This document shows, one piece after another, positions 37,728 to 48,500 of a stretch of DNA of 64,000 nucleotides (position 1 is its first letter; the number at the start of each line of letters is the position of its first letter). A program made the position numbers and the translations under genes. The stretch covers positions 1,229-65,228 of the forward strand of contig JAOMRN010000001.1 in NCBI GenBank assembly GCA_028355015.1. The letters run 5' to 3'. Source of the stretch: Methanobacteriota archaeon. GTDB lineage: Archaea; Thermoplasmatota; Poseidoniia; Poseidoniales; Thalassarchaeaceae. The notes under the pieces were generated by a model, which saw only the letters and a list, made by a program, of their open reading frames with translations, did no database searches and had not been told where the DNA came from.

Positions 37728-38519
37728 GTGGAACTTGAACAAATTATGAATCGTCTTGCAGAGCAGGTAGCAATCGTAGACAGAAATATTACACCTACTC
37801 AAAACTATTATATTCCTTCAATAGGAACTTCTAGTGAGCCTACAATTGTACATAGACTAGTAGAAGAATGGGTAAAAAAACATCCTGATGAGTTACCAGG
37901 TATTATGCTAAATAAAAGAGGAAAGGGAACAGAAGGTTGTTTTGAAATAAAATATCCAGGTGCCAAAGGTTCTGAAAAGAAATTGGATTTTGGTTTTTCA
38001 AGTTCAACAGGACATGAAAATTCTGATAATTTAGATAACTTAGAATGGGCAATCGAATTTAAAAAAATCAATTGGATTGGTGGGACAGGAACTGACCAAT
38101 CAGAAAGAGCAGTAGGTAAACTATGCTCTCCTTATCCGGCTACAGGACCAATCTTATCCGATGCCTTAAGGGTCATAAAACATAGTCATGGAACACGTCA
38201 TGCAGTGATTTTAATAAGTCCAGATGTCCATTCTGATCAATTAGAATTATGTAAAAATCATCCAGATAGAGAACGTAGATGGAAACCTGAAAATCCAAAT
38301 GATAGAATTATAGCACTAACTAATTCTTTCAAGAAAAATAATGGTTATGCATTTGAAGCAGAACCTCTGTTACCATTTGTTGAGAAAATATTTGAGTATA
38401 AGGAAATTAACTTCAATGAACGTATTATTAAGAAAATTACTGGATTAACAAACCACCCCGTTTATTCAAGATTGACACTTGTTGGTTGGGAAATTAAAAA
38501 AGAATCTATAGCAGATTGA
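37728..38519 (+). CDS. Putative PD-(D/E)xK endonuclease
   Basis: KLDFGF...WAIEFKK motif; convergent with a DNA methyltransferase. Confidence 0.5.
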   Translation: MELEQIMNRLAEQVAIVDRNITPTQNYYIPSIGTSSEPTIVHRLVEEWVKKHPDELPGIMLNKRGKGTEGCFEIKYPGAKGSEKKLDFGFSSSTGHENSDNLDNLEWAIEFKKINWIGGTGTDQSERAVGKLCSPYPATGPILSDALRVIKHSHGTRHAVILISPDVHSDQLELCKNHPDRERRWKPENPNDRIIALTNSFKKNNGYAFEAEPLLPFVEKIFEYKEINFNERIIKKITGLTNHPVYSRLTLVGWEIKKESIAD

Positions 38520-39802
38520 ATTTCAATAATCATGTTTACATTAACTGCATTACCAAGTTGTTTGTATGATTGATTATCTTGTTCACCTAGAATAAACGGC
38601 TTTCCAAAAATACCATCTACATCGAAACTCTGTATTCTAGCACACTCTTTGGGTGTTAAGTGCCGCCTTAACCATCCTACAACGGGTATTTGTGCCATGG
38701 CCACTAGTGCTGGAAAATAGTCACCTCTTTTAACACGAATTCCAGAAGGTCTGAACTGGAAAATATTTTCCCAATTAGTTCGACTATCTGGGCCCGCTTG
38801 CCACTCATATTTTGTTCGACTAACAGGAATTATTGGCTTACCATCTTTATCATTTTCAAGAACTTTCCAGCGTTTTAACCAGCCATCAATGTAGTCCTTA
38901 TTCTCTGAGTATAGATACCTATTTTTCTTTACAAAATCTTGTTTCCAAAGTGGTAAATTAATTTGTTTTATAATCTCTGTTTTATCCATTCCAGATTCGA
39001 TAGGTCTAACCCAGCCATAAGAAGACCAATTTTTGTGTATTTGAATTAATTGTTCTACACTGTATTGCTCTAAATCACCAGGTATCTCGGCATCACCTTT
39101 GAATGAATCTGCCCATATCGGATGACCTGGTAATTTTGTTTCAACATTTACATTAATAAGAAATTCTTCCCACATTTCTAACCATTTAATTTCCTTTTCC
39201 GACATATGGTATTTTTCAGGAACATGGTCGTCTAATATTGTCCTAACATCTAATGAGTTAGTCTCATGTTCCTTTGGAAACACAAATTTACCACTCACTA
39301 GATCAGAACGTATTGCCACAATATACACTCTTTTTCTAACCTGAGGGACTCCAAATTTATTCGGTGAAAGTACAGCATATTCATGATTATATCCTAATTC
39401 AGAAAGTCTCGATTGAATTACAGAAAATGTATTGCCTCCATCATGTTTTACTAGATTAGGTACGTTTTCTAGAAATATAACTGAAGGTTGATGCTTTTCT
39501 GCAATACTACAAATATCGTGGAATAGAGTGCCTCTAGTTTGATCCATAAATCCTTTCTGTGATCCTGACTTGCTAAATGGCTGACAAGGAAATCCTGCAC
39601 ATATTATGTCCATCGGAGGTATCTCATCTATCACTTCCCTTATGTCACAATTAACAGAGTAACCCTGTGGTTGACCCCAATTCAATTCATATACCTCTGC
39701 AGCATTTTTATCAATATCAGATGCAAAAACACATTCATGTCCTAAACGATGTAGAGCTGCATGAAACCCTCCTATGCCACAGAACAAATCTACGAATCGC
39801 AT
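38462..39802 (-). CDS. DNA (cytosine-5)-methyltransferase
   Basis: DLFCGIGG, GFPCQPFS, ENV, PQVRKR, LTPKECARIQ, YKQLGNAV; GGTGAT ribosome-binding site before ATG 39802. Confidence 0.95.
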   Translation of the reverse strand: MRFVDLFCGIGGFHAALHRLGHECVFASDIDKNAAEVYELNWGQPQGYSVNCDIREVIDEIPPMDIICAGFPCQPFSKSGSQKGFMDQTRGTLFHDICSIAEKHQPSVIFLENVPNLVKHDGGNTFSVIQSRLSELGYNHEYAVLSPNKFGVPQVRKRVYIVAIRSDLVSGKFVFPKEHETNSLDVRTILDDHVPEKYHMSEKEIKWLEMWEEFLINVNVETKLPGHPIWADSFKGDAEIPGDLEQYSVEQLIQIHKNWSSYGWVRPIESGMDKTEIIKQINLPLWKQDFVKKNRYLYSENKDYIDGWLKRWKVLENDKDGKPIIPVSRTKYEWQAGPDSRTNWENIFQFRPSGIRVKRGDYFPALVAMAQIPVVGWLRRHLTPKECARIQSFDVDGIFGKPFILGEQDNQSYKQLGNAVNVNMIIEIQSAIDSFLISQPTSVNLE

Positions 39803-39842
39803 ATCATCACCAGGAAATACACGGTTAATAAGGAAATGCAAT

Positions 39843-40742
39843 CTATTTCTTGAGTACTAAATCATCTTTAGTCCAAACCTTCGGTTTTTTTGATTTCTCT
39901 ATCTTCTTATTCTTCTTTCTCTTGATTCTGTGCCAAACTTTGTCACCCCACCATTCAGGTATGTCAAATTGATTTCTATTTGTGTGAAATTTATTTTTGA
40001 TAGTTCTTAGAACGCCTTGGCTTCTCCACTGCCCTCCTAATTTACCTTTTATTTCTCTTTTATTTAGTGATCTTGCTACACTAGTTGCAGTTACTTCATT
40101 ATGCACGACTTGCCAAGCCATGTAGTCAATCCATGATTGTTCAGTCCAATTAGGAAATAGGTCTCCGTTCTTATCAAAGTCCCATCCATAAATCGCTCTA
40201 GTAAAGCGAAGTTGTTCTCTTTTCAGATATGCCATACCTTCTAATGTCCTCTCAGAAATTAAACCTCTTTCCATCTCTGCTAAACCTGACATTATTGTCA
40301 AAAAGAACTTCCCCATAGCGTTACTTGTGTCTATTGCCTGACCGCCTAAATCAACAATGTGGACTTTGATATGATGGTCTTCATTAAGATATTCAATGGT
40401 ATTAATGGCATCACTAGTAATTCTAAATAACCTATCTAATTTCATAGAAATAAGATGTTCAAATTTTCCACTTTCAATTCTTTTTAGCAATAGTTTACCT
40501 GCTGGCCTCTCAAAAAGAGGAATACCTCCACTAACGCCTTCTTCAATTATAATATTCCTAGAAAGTAATTCTAATCCTTTCATACGAGCATAATCCATTA
40601 TTTTTTGCTGTTGACTATCAATACTATTTCCTTCATCGACTTGCCTTCCTGTAGATACACGAATGTATGCTACAGTGGAAATTGCATCTGGCTTAGACTT
40701 AGGCACAATTAAGAATATCACATTACAATAGATATAAATCAT
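39843..40742 (-). CDS. Serine recombinase (catalytic domain + Recombinase-type DNA-binding segment); start probably GTG 40706
   Basis: AYIRVST, EEGVSG, RP, KLDRLFR, AEMERGLISERT; VARSLN...GGQWRSQGVLRTIKN. Confidence 0.9.
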   Translation of the reverse strand: MIYIYCNVIFLIVPKSKPDAISTVAYIRVSTGRQVDEGNSIDSQQQKIMDYARMKGLELLSRNIIIEEGVSGGIPLFERPAGKLLLKRIESGKFEHLISMKLDRLFRITSDAINTIEYLNEDHHIKVHIVDLGGQAIDTSNAMGKFFLTIMSGLAEMERGLISERTLEGMAYLKREQLRFTRAIYGWDFDKNGDLFPNWTEQSWIDYMAWQVVHNEVTATSVARSLNKREIKGKLGGQWRSQGVLRTIKNKFHTNRNQFDIPEWWGDKVWHRIKRKKNKKIEKSKKPKVWTKDDLVLKK

Positions 40743-40977
40743 TCTAATCTAAAATTATAGCGCCCCCCTATATTATTCAAGTGAATCATTGGGATGTACT
40801 AGCACACCCAATCATTCTACATGGAAACTAATGGGCGCCTTCAGTAAACCCTACCCTGCATATTTGGAGCATAGATACCGTTGCACTGCAATACAGCGTA
40901 TTCCCTACCCTTTGCTTCAAGTTGAATCATAGGGTTATCGAAGGAGTCGTTTAATCTCTACTCAATGATCCATACAA

Positions 40978-41364
40978 TTATTTATCATGATTTTTAAAAA
41001 CCAAAAGTTTCCATGCCATGAATAACAATACGCCCAATACTACCACTGGTCCTCCATAAATAATCAGCAACAAACCAGCCAATCCGTTCAATTCATACCC
41101 ACCGCTTAGAGGAAACATAAGTAAAATTCCTAAGAATACAATTAGTCCGCCCACTATTAGCAATGATATTCCAATCACTTTCAACATAGAAATACGAGGG
41201 AGATCTTGATAAATTACAAGTGACTCATTAACTAGGGTGGAAGAGATCTTTTTTATTTCATGATTAGGGTCTTTGTGCCTGAGGCAAAATCCAGACGTCC
41301 TAAACTCTAGGGCCTTGCATCCTTCGTAAGCACACTTCCTTTCGCCCACATAATTAACAGTCAA
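40978..41364 (-). CDS. Hypothetical membrane protein with N-terminal CCCH-type zinc knuckle
   Basis: CAYEGC...FCLRH followed by two TM helices. Confidence 0.6.
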   Translation of the reverse strand: MTVNYVGERKCAYEGCKALEFRTSGFCLRHKDPNHEIKKISSTLVNESLVIYQDLPRISMLKVIGISLLIVGGLIVFLGILLMFPLSGGYELNGLAGLLLIIYGGPVVVLGVLLFMAWKLLVFKNHDK

Positions 41365-41414
41365 TTATTAGGGATAGACTTTGCTACGCCACAAACTAGT
41401 AAAGGAGTCACAGG

Positions 41415-41510
41415 GTAGTGTATCAGTTAACAGACTCTGGTGCGGATCTTCTTCCTAGTTTAGAATCATTTTTTGAATGGGTAATTAATGATACAAATCA
41501 AACTCAATGA
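41415..41510 (+). pseudogene. 3' remnant of a diverged fasciclin-HxlR gene copy
   Basis: VVYQLTDSGADLLPSLESFFEWVINDTNQTQ*, 24/31 identical to the C-terminus encoded at 33337-33432. Confidence 0.85.
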
Positions 41511-41631
41511 ATGCATTTTTAAACAATGGAATTGGTTGATTTGAAAGATTTTGATATATTTTCATGTTCAAGGTCTTGGATATAGACTCATAAAGGGATG
41601 TCAAGTCGGCGACTCGCTACGAGGGATGAAT

Positions 41632-42216
41632 ATGGGAGTTACAAAGTACGTACGTTCGGCTTGGAAGAGTCCAAAGCAAAGCATGGAACCTCGTCATAGA
41701 ACTGGTAGAATGGCTGTATGGCGCCACGAACCAGTGTTTCAGAGAATCGATAAACCTACTCGTATTGATGCGGCTCGTCGTGTTGGATACCGTGCAAAGC
41801 AAGGTGTAGTAATCTGCAGAACACGTGTTCGCCGTGGTGGACTACGTAAGGGTGTAGTAAACATGAAGCGTAAACCTTCAAAGTCAGGTGTAACAAAAAT
41901 TACTATGGCTAAGTCAATTCAAAGAATTGCAGAAGAGCGTGTTTCTCGTAGATACCCGAATCTTAGGGTTCTAAACTCATATTGGGTTGGAGAAGATGGA
42001 AAGAACAAATTTTTCGAAGTTATTCTATTAGATCCTAATCATCCAGTTGTTAAAGCTGATAGTCAATGGTCTTGGGTTGCAGATAATCATCACAAGGGAC
42101 GAGCTATGCGTGGTATGACAAGTGCTGGAAAGCGTGGTCGTGGTTTGTACAACAAAGGTAAGGGTGCAGAGAAACTTCGCCCAAGCTTGAAGGCTAACAA
42201 AAACCGTGGTAAATAA
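41632..42216 (+). CDS. rpl15e: 50S ribosomal protein L15e
   Basis: PTRIDAARRVGYRAKQG, AEERVSR, LNSYWVGEDG, RGMTSAG; start 41626 or 41632. Confidence 0.97.
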   Translation: MGVTKYVRSAWKSPKQSMEPRHRTGRMAVWRHEPVFQRIDKPTRIDAARRVGYRAKQGVVICRTRVRRGGLRKGVVNMKRKPSKSGVTKITMAKSIQRIAEERVSRRYPNLRVLNSYWVGEDGKNKFFEVILLDPNHPVVKADSQWSWVADNHHKGRAMRGMTSAGKRGRGLYNKGKGAEKLRPSLKANKNRGK

Positions 42217-42244
42217 GTAATATTCAGCCGAAGGTTGATTTCAC

Positions 42245-42526
42245 TTGAGCCCACCGGCTGTCTCAATGGTCGAGCGAGACATGAGTACTATTCGTGGTCT
42301 TCCCGTGATCATTCCAGATGGAAGAGTATTAGGAACAGTGCATGATACTGTACTTTCAGCAGAGTCCGAGGCATGGTCTTGCACTCATTTATTCGTTTCA
42401 GATCCTCCTCCTAGTTTGGTTGAAGGACGAATTCATGTGGCCATACCTTGGAACTGGGTCCGTTCGATTGGTGATGTTGTAATTCTACGATGGTTTCCTC
42501 CAACTCCTATACCTAAAAAGCCATAA
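42245..42526 (+). CDS. PRC-barrel domain protein
   Basis: MSTIRGLPVIIPDGRVLGTVHD...IPWNWVRSIGDVVIL. Confidence 0.8.
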   Translation: MSPPAVSMVERDMSTIRGLPVIIPDGRVLGTVHDTVLSAESEAWSCTHLFVSDPPPSLVEGRIHVAIPWNWVRSIGDVVILRWFPPTPIPKKP

Positions 42527-42538
42527 TTTGTATGATGC

Positions 42539-45055
42539 ATGAGCGAACGTAACCACAATACGATTCAAAAGGGAAAAGTTCACGCTAAGGTAATGCGTAG
42601 AGTCACGTCAGCCATTTTGCTTGTCCTTCTTCTTTCTATTGCTAGCCCTCTGGCATCTGCTGATTCCAAGGGAATTATCGGTTGTACTAGTGCGGATATA
42701 GGCATGATGCCTGCAAGTTGGGAGATATCCGATCAGTCTTGTGTAACTATAGATTTCCTCGAAGTATTGGCTCCTGGTACGACATTTTCATTTGAAATTG
42801 ATAGCGATTCAGAAATTGACATACTCCTTTTTACATCCAATGCTAGGACTACTTATCAAAATGAGCAAAATTATCGAACAGATCTAATCTGGGAAGAAGA
42901 TTCTGTCTTTGAATCATTCAGTGGCCAGGGATCTTGGCACTGGACAGTTCCAGATGAAGGCCAATCTACTCGTTGGTACATGGTGATAGATAATTTAGCC
43001 CATCCTCAAGATAGTGGTCAAGGTGCTCAAGGAGGTAGTACTGCCAATGTAATCATGGATGTTCAGCAGGTTGTAAGCCCTGATTTCTCAATTGCAGATA
43101 CAATAGTCAGACTTGATAATGATGGATATGAAATCATAGCCGGTCCATTTACTTTAGATGAAGGAACTCAAGTATCTATTGATGTCACAACTATGGAAGG
43201 TGCTCCTGATATATTCTTGATGACAGAAGCACAGAAGAATTCGTATGAATCTGCAGCAGCGAATGGAACAGTAGCTGCCTCAAGAATCAATCAAGCAGAT
43301 TTACTCTCGGTCACAAGTTCTGGAAGTACAGTTTGGTCTGCAATATCTCCATACACTGAAATTCCCCTTTACATGATTGTAGATAATCGCGCAGGGGCAG
43401 GAGGTGCAGGGACTACAGACGTTGCCACAACTGTCGTTTCTTCTTTGACACCAGTTGTCCAAGCAGTACTCTCAAACTCTGATTCTCTAACTTTAATTGA
43501 TGTAGGAGAAATCATTACATTAAATGCAAGTGAAACACCAAATCTCTCAAACCAAATTGATAGTGTGAATTGGGATATTGATGGAGATGGATTCAATGAT
43601 GTTAACGGATTCTCAACAGATGTTTCTTGGGACACTCCAACAAATTTCACACTCAAATTAACTGTTGTTTCTACAGATTCACGTAGTTCAACAGTTTTCA
43701 AGGATATAGAAGTTAGAGATATTTCTAATCCTGTTGCCAATATTGATATCACATCAGATATAACTCGTGGTTATGGAGAAAACATAGTACTTAGTGGGCA
43801 ATTTTCAGATAATTATGGCGTCGCAACTGTTGAATGGTTAGTCGATGGTGTGGTTTCAGAAACATATTCAGGTACTGATTCATCAGCAACCTCATTTAGT
43901 CATATTTTTGACTCATCATATATTTCAGGAATGCATACTATAACTCTTCGAGTTACAGATAATTCAGGACTAATAACAGATGATGTTGCAAATATCAATC
44001 TATACGATCCAACCCCCCCTAGTATAGATTCAACATTTATGTCAGAGTTACAAGTCGTAGTTAACCAAGCTTACCCCTTTTCAGTTCCAGCAACTGATTC
44101 TGAATCAACCAATTTAATCTATACTTGGGATTTTGATAGAGACAAAGATTCTGATGGTGATGGTGTCACTTCTAATGACAATGAAGGTGTCGGCCCTCAA
44201 GTCAATCACGTATTTCCTAAAGCGGGAGTATTTTGGGTAGTCTGCACTATTGAGAATGATGAAGGCCTCACTACAGAGGCAGAAATATTAGTTACTGTAG
44301 TGTCGCCAACTGGAAATTCAGAAGGTATTGATTGGTTATCAATCATTACAATAATAGTAGTTATAGCGGTAGTACTTGCAATACTCGGTTTTGTAACTTT
44401 TAGAATACTAGAGAATAGGAAAATAGCAGCAATATTAGCCGAACAGTCTGAAGAAGAAGTTACGAAAGATGTAGCACCTCCTTCTGTTGAAGAACAGAAA
44501 GCAATGTGGGGCAGCTCATCAAATCCAGTAAATCCTCTTTCACAACAGGGTATGCAAACGGACTTCGGTGGCTACTCTTCGGGGATGTCAGGACTTCCTA
44601 CCCCTCCTCCTTCAGGTACACCAACGATTTCTTCATCAATTGAATTAGACCCAGATTTAGCGGAACTAATGGCTTCTTCTCCGCCTCCAACTTCCGCCCC
44701 AACGAACAGTCAAGCAAGTGAGTTACTTTCTGCTTTCTTGGAAGATGATGCAGTCGATATAGAAAATGTTGAACATGTATTTGATGATATAGCGAATTCA
44801 GGAGAGATATGGACTCCTTCAGAAGATCCTCTTGCAGGTATTTCTCTTCCTGGTTCTGAAGTTGTCGAGGCACCCGAACTTGAACCTGAACCTGAGCCAG
44901 AGCCAGAACCTGAACCTGTTACACGTAACAGAACAGTCCGGAGCGCTTGTTCTAACTGTGAGAAATTGTTCGAAGTAGATATGCCCGAGGGCGTGGATGT
45001 GGCCCGAACGACTTGCCCACATTGTGAATCAATTGAGACAATTCGTTTTGAGTGA
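42539..45055 (+). CDS. PKD/Ig-like surface protein with C-terminal TM and cytoplasmic zinc ribbon
   Basis: Signal peptide; WDIDGDG, YTWDFD; TM; PE repeat; CSNC...CPHC. Confidence 0.75.
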   Translation: MSERNHNTIQKGKVHAKVMRRVTSAILLVLLLSIASPLASADSKGIIGCTSADIGMMPASWEISDQSCVTIDFLEVLAPGTTFSFEIDSDSEIDILLFTSNARTTYQNEQNYRTDLIWEEDSVFESFSGQGSWHWTVPDEGQSTRWYMVIDNLAHPQDSGQGAQGGSTANVIMDVQQVVSPDFSIADTIVRLDNDGYEIIAGPFTLDEGTQVSIDVTTMEGAPDIFLMTEAQKNSYESAAANGTVAASRINQADLLSVTSSGSTVWSAISPYTEIPLYMIVDNRAGAGGAGTTDVATTVVSSLTPVVQAVLSNSDSLTLIDVGEIITLNASETPNLSNQIDSVNWDIDGDGFNDVNGFSTDVSWDTPTNFTLKLTVVSTDSRSSTVFKDIEVRDISNPVANIDITSDITRGYGENIVLSGQFSDNYGVATVEWLVDGVVSETYSGTDSSATSFSHIFDSSYISGMHTITLRVTDNSGLITDDVANINLYDPTPPSIDSTFMSELQVVVNQAYPFSVPATDSESTNLIYTWDFDRDKDSDGDGVTSNDNEGVGPQVNHVFPKAGVFWVVCTIENDEGLTTEAEILVTVVSPTGNSEGIDWLSIITIIVVIAVVLAILGFVTFRILENRKIAAILAEQSEEEVTKDVAPPSVEEQKAMWGSSSNPVNPLSQQGMQTDFGGYSSGMSGLPTPPPSGTPTISSSIELDPDLAELMASSPPPTSAPTNSQASELLSAFLEDDAVDIENVEHVFDDIANSGEIWTPSEDPLAGISLPGSEVVEAPELEPEPEPEPEPEPVTRNRTVRSACSNCEKLFEVDMPEGVDVARTTCPHCESIETIRFE

Positions 45056-45459
45056 TTATTATGATTAAGGTTTTATTGACAATATTGTCATTAATTCTTG
45101 GTCTACCATTAATTTGGATTGGAATTTTACATTTTCAAGACCCAGCATGGTTCGAACCAATAGTTCCTGATTTAATTGGCTATCCTACATTTTGGGTATA
45201 CGCTAGTGGAGTATTTGAGATAGTATTAGGAATCGGTTTGATTATTCCTAAAACTCGTGAAATTTCTGGTTATGGTATTGCTTTAATGTTGGTTGTTTTG
45301 TACGCAGCAAATTTCAATATGTGGGTAAATGATATTGCGATAGGAGGTTCAAAGTTTGGAACTAATTGGCACATATTTAGGGCAACAGTACAGATTTTAT
45401 TAATCTCGGTTTGTATATGGATTGGAAGGAAATCATCTAAACAATATAATTTAGGTTAG
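45052..45459 (+). CDS. DoxX-like membrane protein
   Basis: GILHF..P.WFEPIVP, VYASGVFEIVLG, AANFNM. Confidence 0.7.
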   Translation: MIIMIKVLLTILSLILGLPLIWIGILHFQDPAWFEPIVPDLIGYPTFWVYASGVFEIVLGIGLIIPKTREISGYGIALMLVVLYAANFNMWVNDIAIGGSKFGTNWHIFRATVQILLISVCIWIGRKSSKQYNLG

Positions 45460-45529
45460 TTTCCTCCATCTTTCAGAAATGAGAAAAAATTGATTTTATG
45501 TTGTATCAGGTAGGGGAATAACCTTTACC

Positions 45530-48500
45530 ATGTATCTTAGAGGTATGTTCATGCAAGGAGGTGCTGTACGCATTATTCGCAGGTCCCCGGGCATCAATCA
45601 TTCCCAGACAATACTCCTTGTCTTGATATTCTTACTTCCAATGTTTTCACCAATAACTTCAGTTACTGCTGAGACTAGAATTAGTGCGGATGACTTTGAG
45701 ATTCTTGACGATTTAACTTCGGTTCTTTCTGAAAGAGAAAGCGTAATTTCATCAGAATTAGTTAAGAACATGGCAAATCCTTCGCTTGAAGGAGTAGCTA
45801 ACTCAGTTGCAGACACAACAAGTAATGACCCTATTTTTGGAATTGAAGATATTTTTTCTGATGCCTCTATAGTTGATACTACTCCTCCTGAAGTTGCCCA
45901 CCCTGGTCCATATGAACTTCTAGTTAACCCAGAAAAATCACCTCCTGGTGCCGTAGATACAGTTTGGCAAACAATTTTTAATTTGACAGATTATTTAATC
46001 TGGACCAAATACATGGATTTAGATGGCAATGAAGTTGAAAAATTTGAAGTCGTAACATTCACTACAAGTTTATTTTCATTACTCGACCCAGAGACTAATT
46101 CCTTCCTACATGCTATCGATATAGATGATGATGGAGATAATGATATTCAGGTCGGCTTAGAAATTTCCTTTGATTTAGGAGATGATTTCGGCATAGAAGG
46201 GGATACTCTTTGGATTAAGCCAACAATTTCTTTTACGGTTCTAGTTTTAGAAGATAGTCGTGATGATCCTGATTGGAACGAATTAGATACCTTACAAGTA
46301 TCTTTACTGAAGGCTTTTGCATATTCTGAAGGAATACTCACTGGTGGAGAAAGTTATGTATGGGTTATTGATTCAAAGTTCACTACCCCCCCAAATGATT
46401 TTTCTATCAATATAGGTTTAGAACGTATCTTTTTTGATATATCTGATGCAGGTTCAAGCTTAGTCACAAGTTTACTATCTTTCATTGGTTTAGGAATAGC
46501 AATTCCAGGTGCCGATGAGTCAAATATTGTTTTCCTTGGTCTTTCTGCCCCATATGCTATTTCAATAAATAATAATGGGCAAACGTATTGCCCTGATCGT
46601 TATTCTCAAATTGAGTTGTCCACCCTCCCCTCCAATGAAATTTCTTGTGGAGTTGTAGCTGGATTTGGGTATGTTCACTTCTCGCCTGCAAATACTGACG
46701 GAGACAGAGAAGTCTGGGAAGTTGCTTACATAGAAGCAACAGTGCATCCTAATGGTGTATCTACTCGACTTCCATCTGAAGTTAATTTAGTGATTAGAAC
46801 GGATACAACATTAGCTGAAGACCCTGGTGTCGTTGGAGAAAATGCACTTGATACAATAGAATACTATGCAGATCGTAGAGCCGACCTTCATGTTCATTTC
46901 CATGAAAATAAAGCAGGTGAACCCGTGGAAAACTCTGGCGACATGAGAGGAAATTCAACAGACAGTATTGGGTGGCTCAGAGGTATGCCAGCAGGCAGTT
47001 TATCAGCAGATGAAATTGATAGAGTATTTACTATGCTAGGCTCTAAATCATCACCAGAACTACCTGGTGGTCAGCCAGAAAAATTAGGTATGATAATTGC
47101 AATAAAGAACTTCTCTAGAGATACAACACAGAATGTTGATGATCCAACTTTACCTGTAAATCCTGCATATCCTCCAAAGACCCTCGTCCTTATTCGCTCT
47201 GTAGAGAGTATCCAATCTATAGAATATGATTCATGGCATAAACGTGGAGACATAATCACTGATCATAGTAAAATACACTTAGAATTGAAGAATATTCCAA
47301 CCTCGATAGCATTGTATGGTTCATTTGAACTGGGCAGTTCATCTGCAACTGATACAAGCCTTGATAGTGGAGATAATCTTGACTTTTTGTCCAAAATTTT
47401 AGATTCAGTGATACTAAATCTAGTTAATTTGTTTTTAGATATTGGCGATATAATTAATTCAGTTCCAAGTGAAGTAGTCTCCGTTCTTACAGGAGATACG
47501 GGTAGTGGTGGGCTTAATTCATTTGCAGGGCGAGATGTAAATTTACTGATGACTGATAATTTACTTGCCGATAGAGTAAATATGCACATTGATGAACTTG
47601 CTGTGCAAATAGGTTCCAGCCCTCATCCAGTAACTCTCGATAATCATGTAATAATCTCTAAAGATCGAGGTCTAGATCAGGTAATGGGAGAATTTGGAGC
47701 ACGAGATCCACTAGTTCCAGTAGCATCCAGTGTTAGGTTTAGTGGTCTTTCACAATTTACATTTAGTGATGATGAAGTATTAGGAACTCAATCAATTGGC
47801 CTAATTACAGATTCTAGTGAACCTTTCAGATTTTCTTTTATTGAACATGATAGTAATTCTATCGATAATCTTTCTTTCCAGAGCCTGCATTTATCAGATA
47901 TTCCTAATAATATATCTGTTTTAATAGATGAAAGTTCTCTAAGTTATGTTGCTAATGAGGGTATTGAATTGATGACCTATGTAGGTCTTGATGGCAATCA
48001 GAAGCAGGGCGCAAATATCCATGACATGCCTGCAGAGTTTATTTTTGAGTTTGGCGAACAAACAAGTTTTATTGCTGAAACGCCAATATCTACAGTGGAA
48101 GTTCAGATTACCAATGCATCCGAACCAATAACAATGACCGGCGACCATTTCTTATTCCATCATGATTCAATAAATGAAACATCCACGATATCAACACGCC
48201 TTACCGGAATTAAAGAATTAGGATGGATATCCCCAATTGAAGAAGGTGCGTTAGGATCTTCTGGAAGAGGTACTGCTTTCTTGAAATCTGCAGGTGATAG
48301 ACCTATGAGTATCAACATAGACAATGCTCCAACTGCTGATTCATCAGGCCTATCTGCATTAGCTTTGATAGATCCTCTCCCATCTCACCTTTCAGTTGAA
48401 ATACCAACAGGTAATGATGGTGGTTCTGAATTAGTACTTCCTGAATTTAATTCTACCAAGGGACTATCCGGCGCGGCCTTTTTCATTGGTGGATTTTCTG

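Larger units (their letters stand above)
29392..41510. mobile_element. Composite genomic island at the tRNA-Tyr 3' end
   Basis: tRNA-end repeats at 33565-33590 and 35858-35869; serine recombinase, R-M-like pair, orphan genes and a gene remnant; core genes resume at rpl15e. Confidence 0.8.

Noticed and set aside
44875..44917. PE dipeptide repeat
   Set aside because: Ordinary low-complexity linker in the PKD protein
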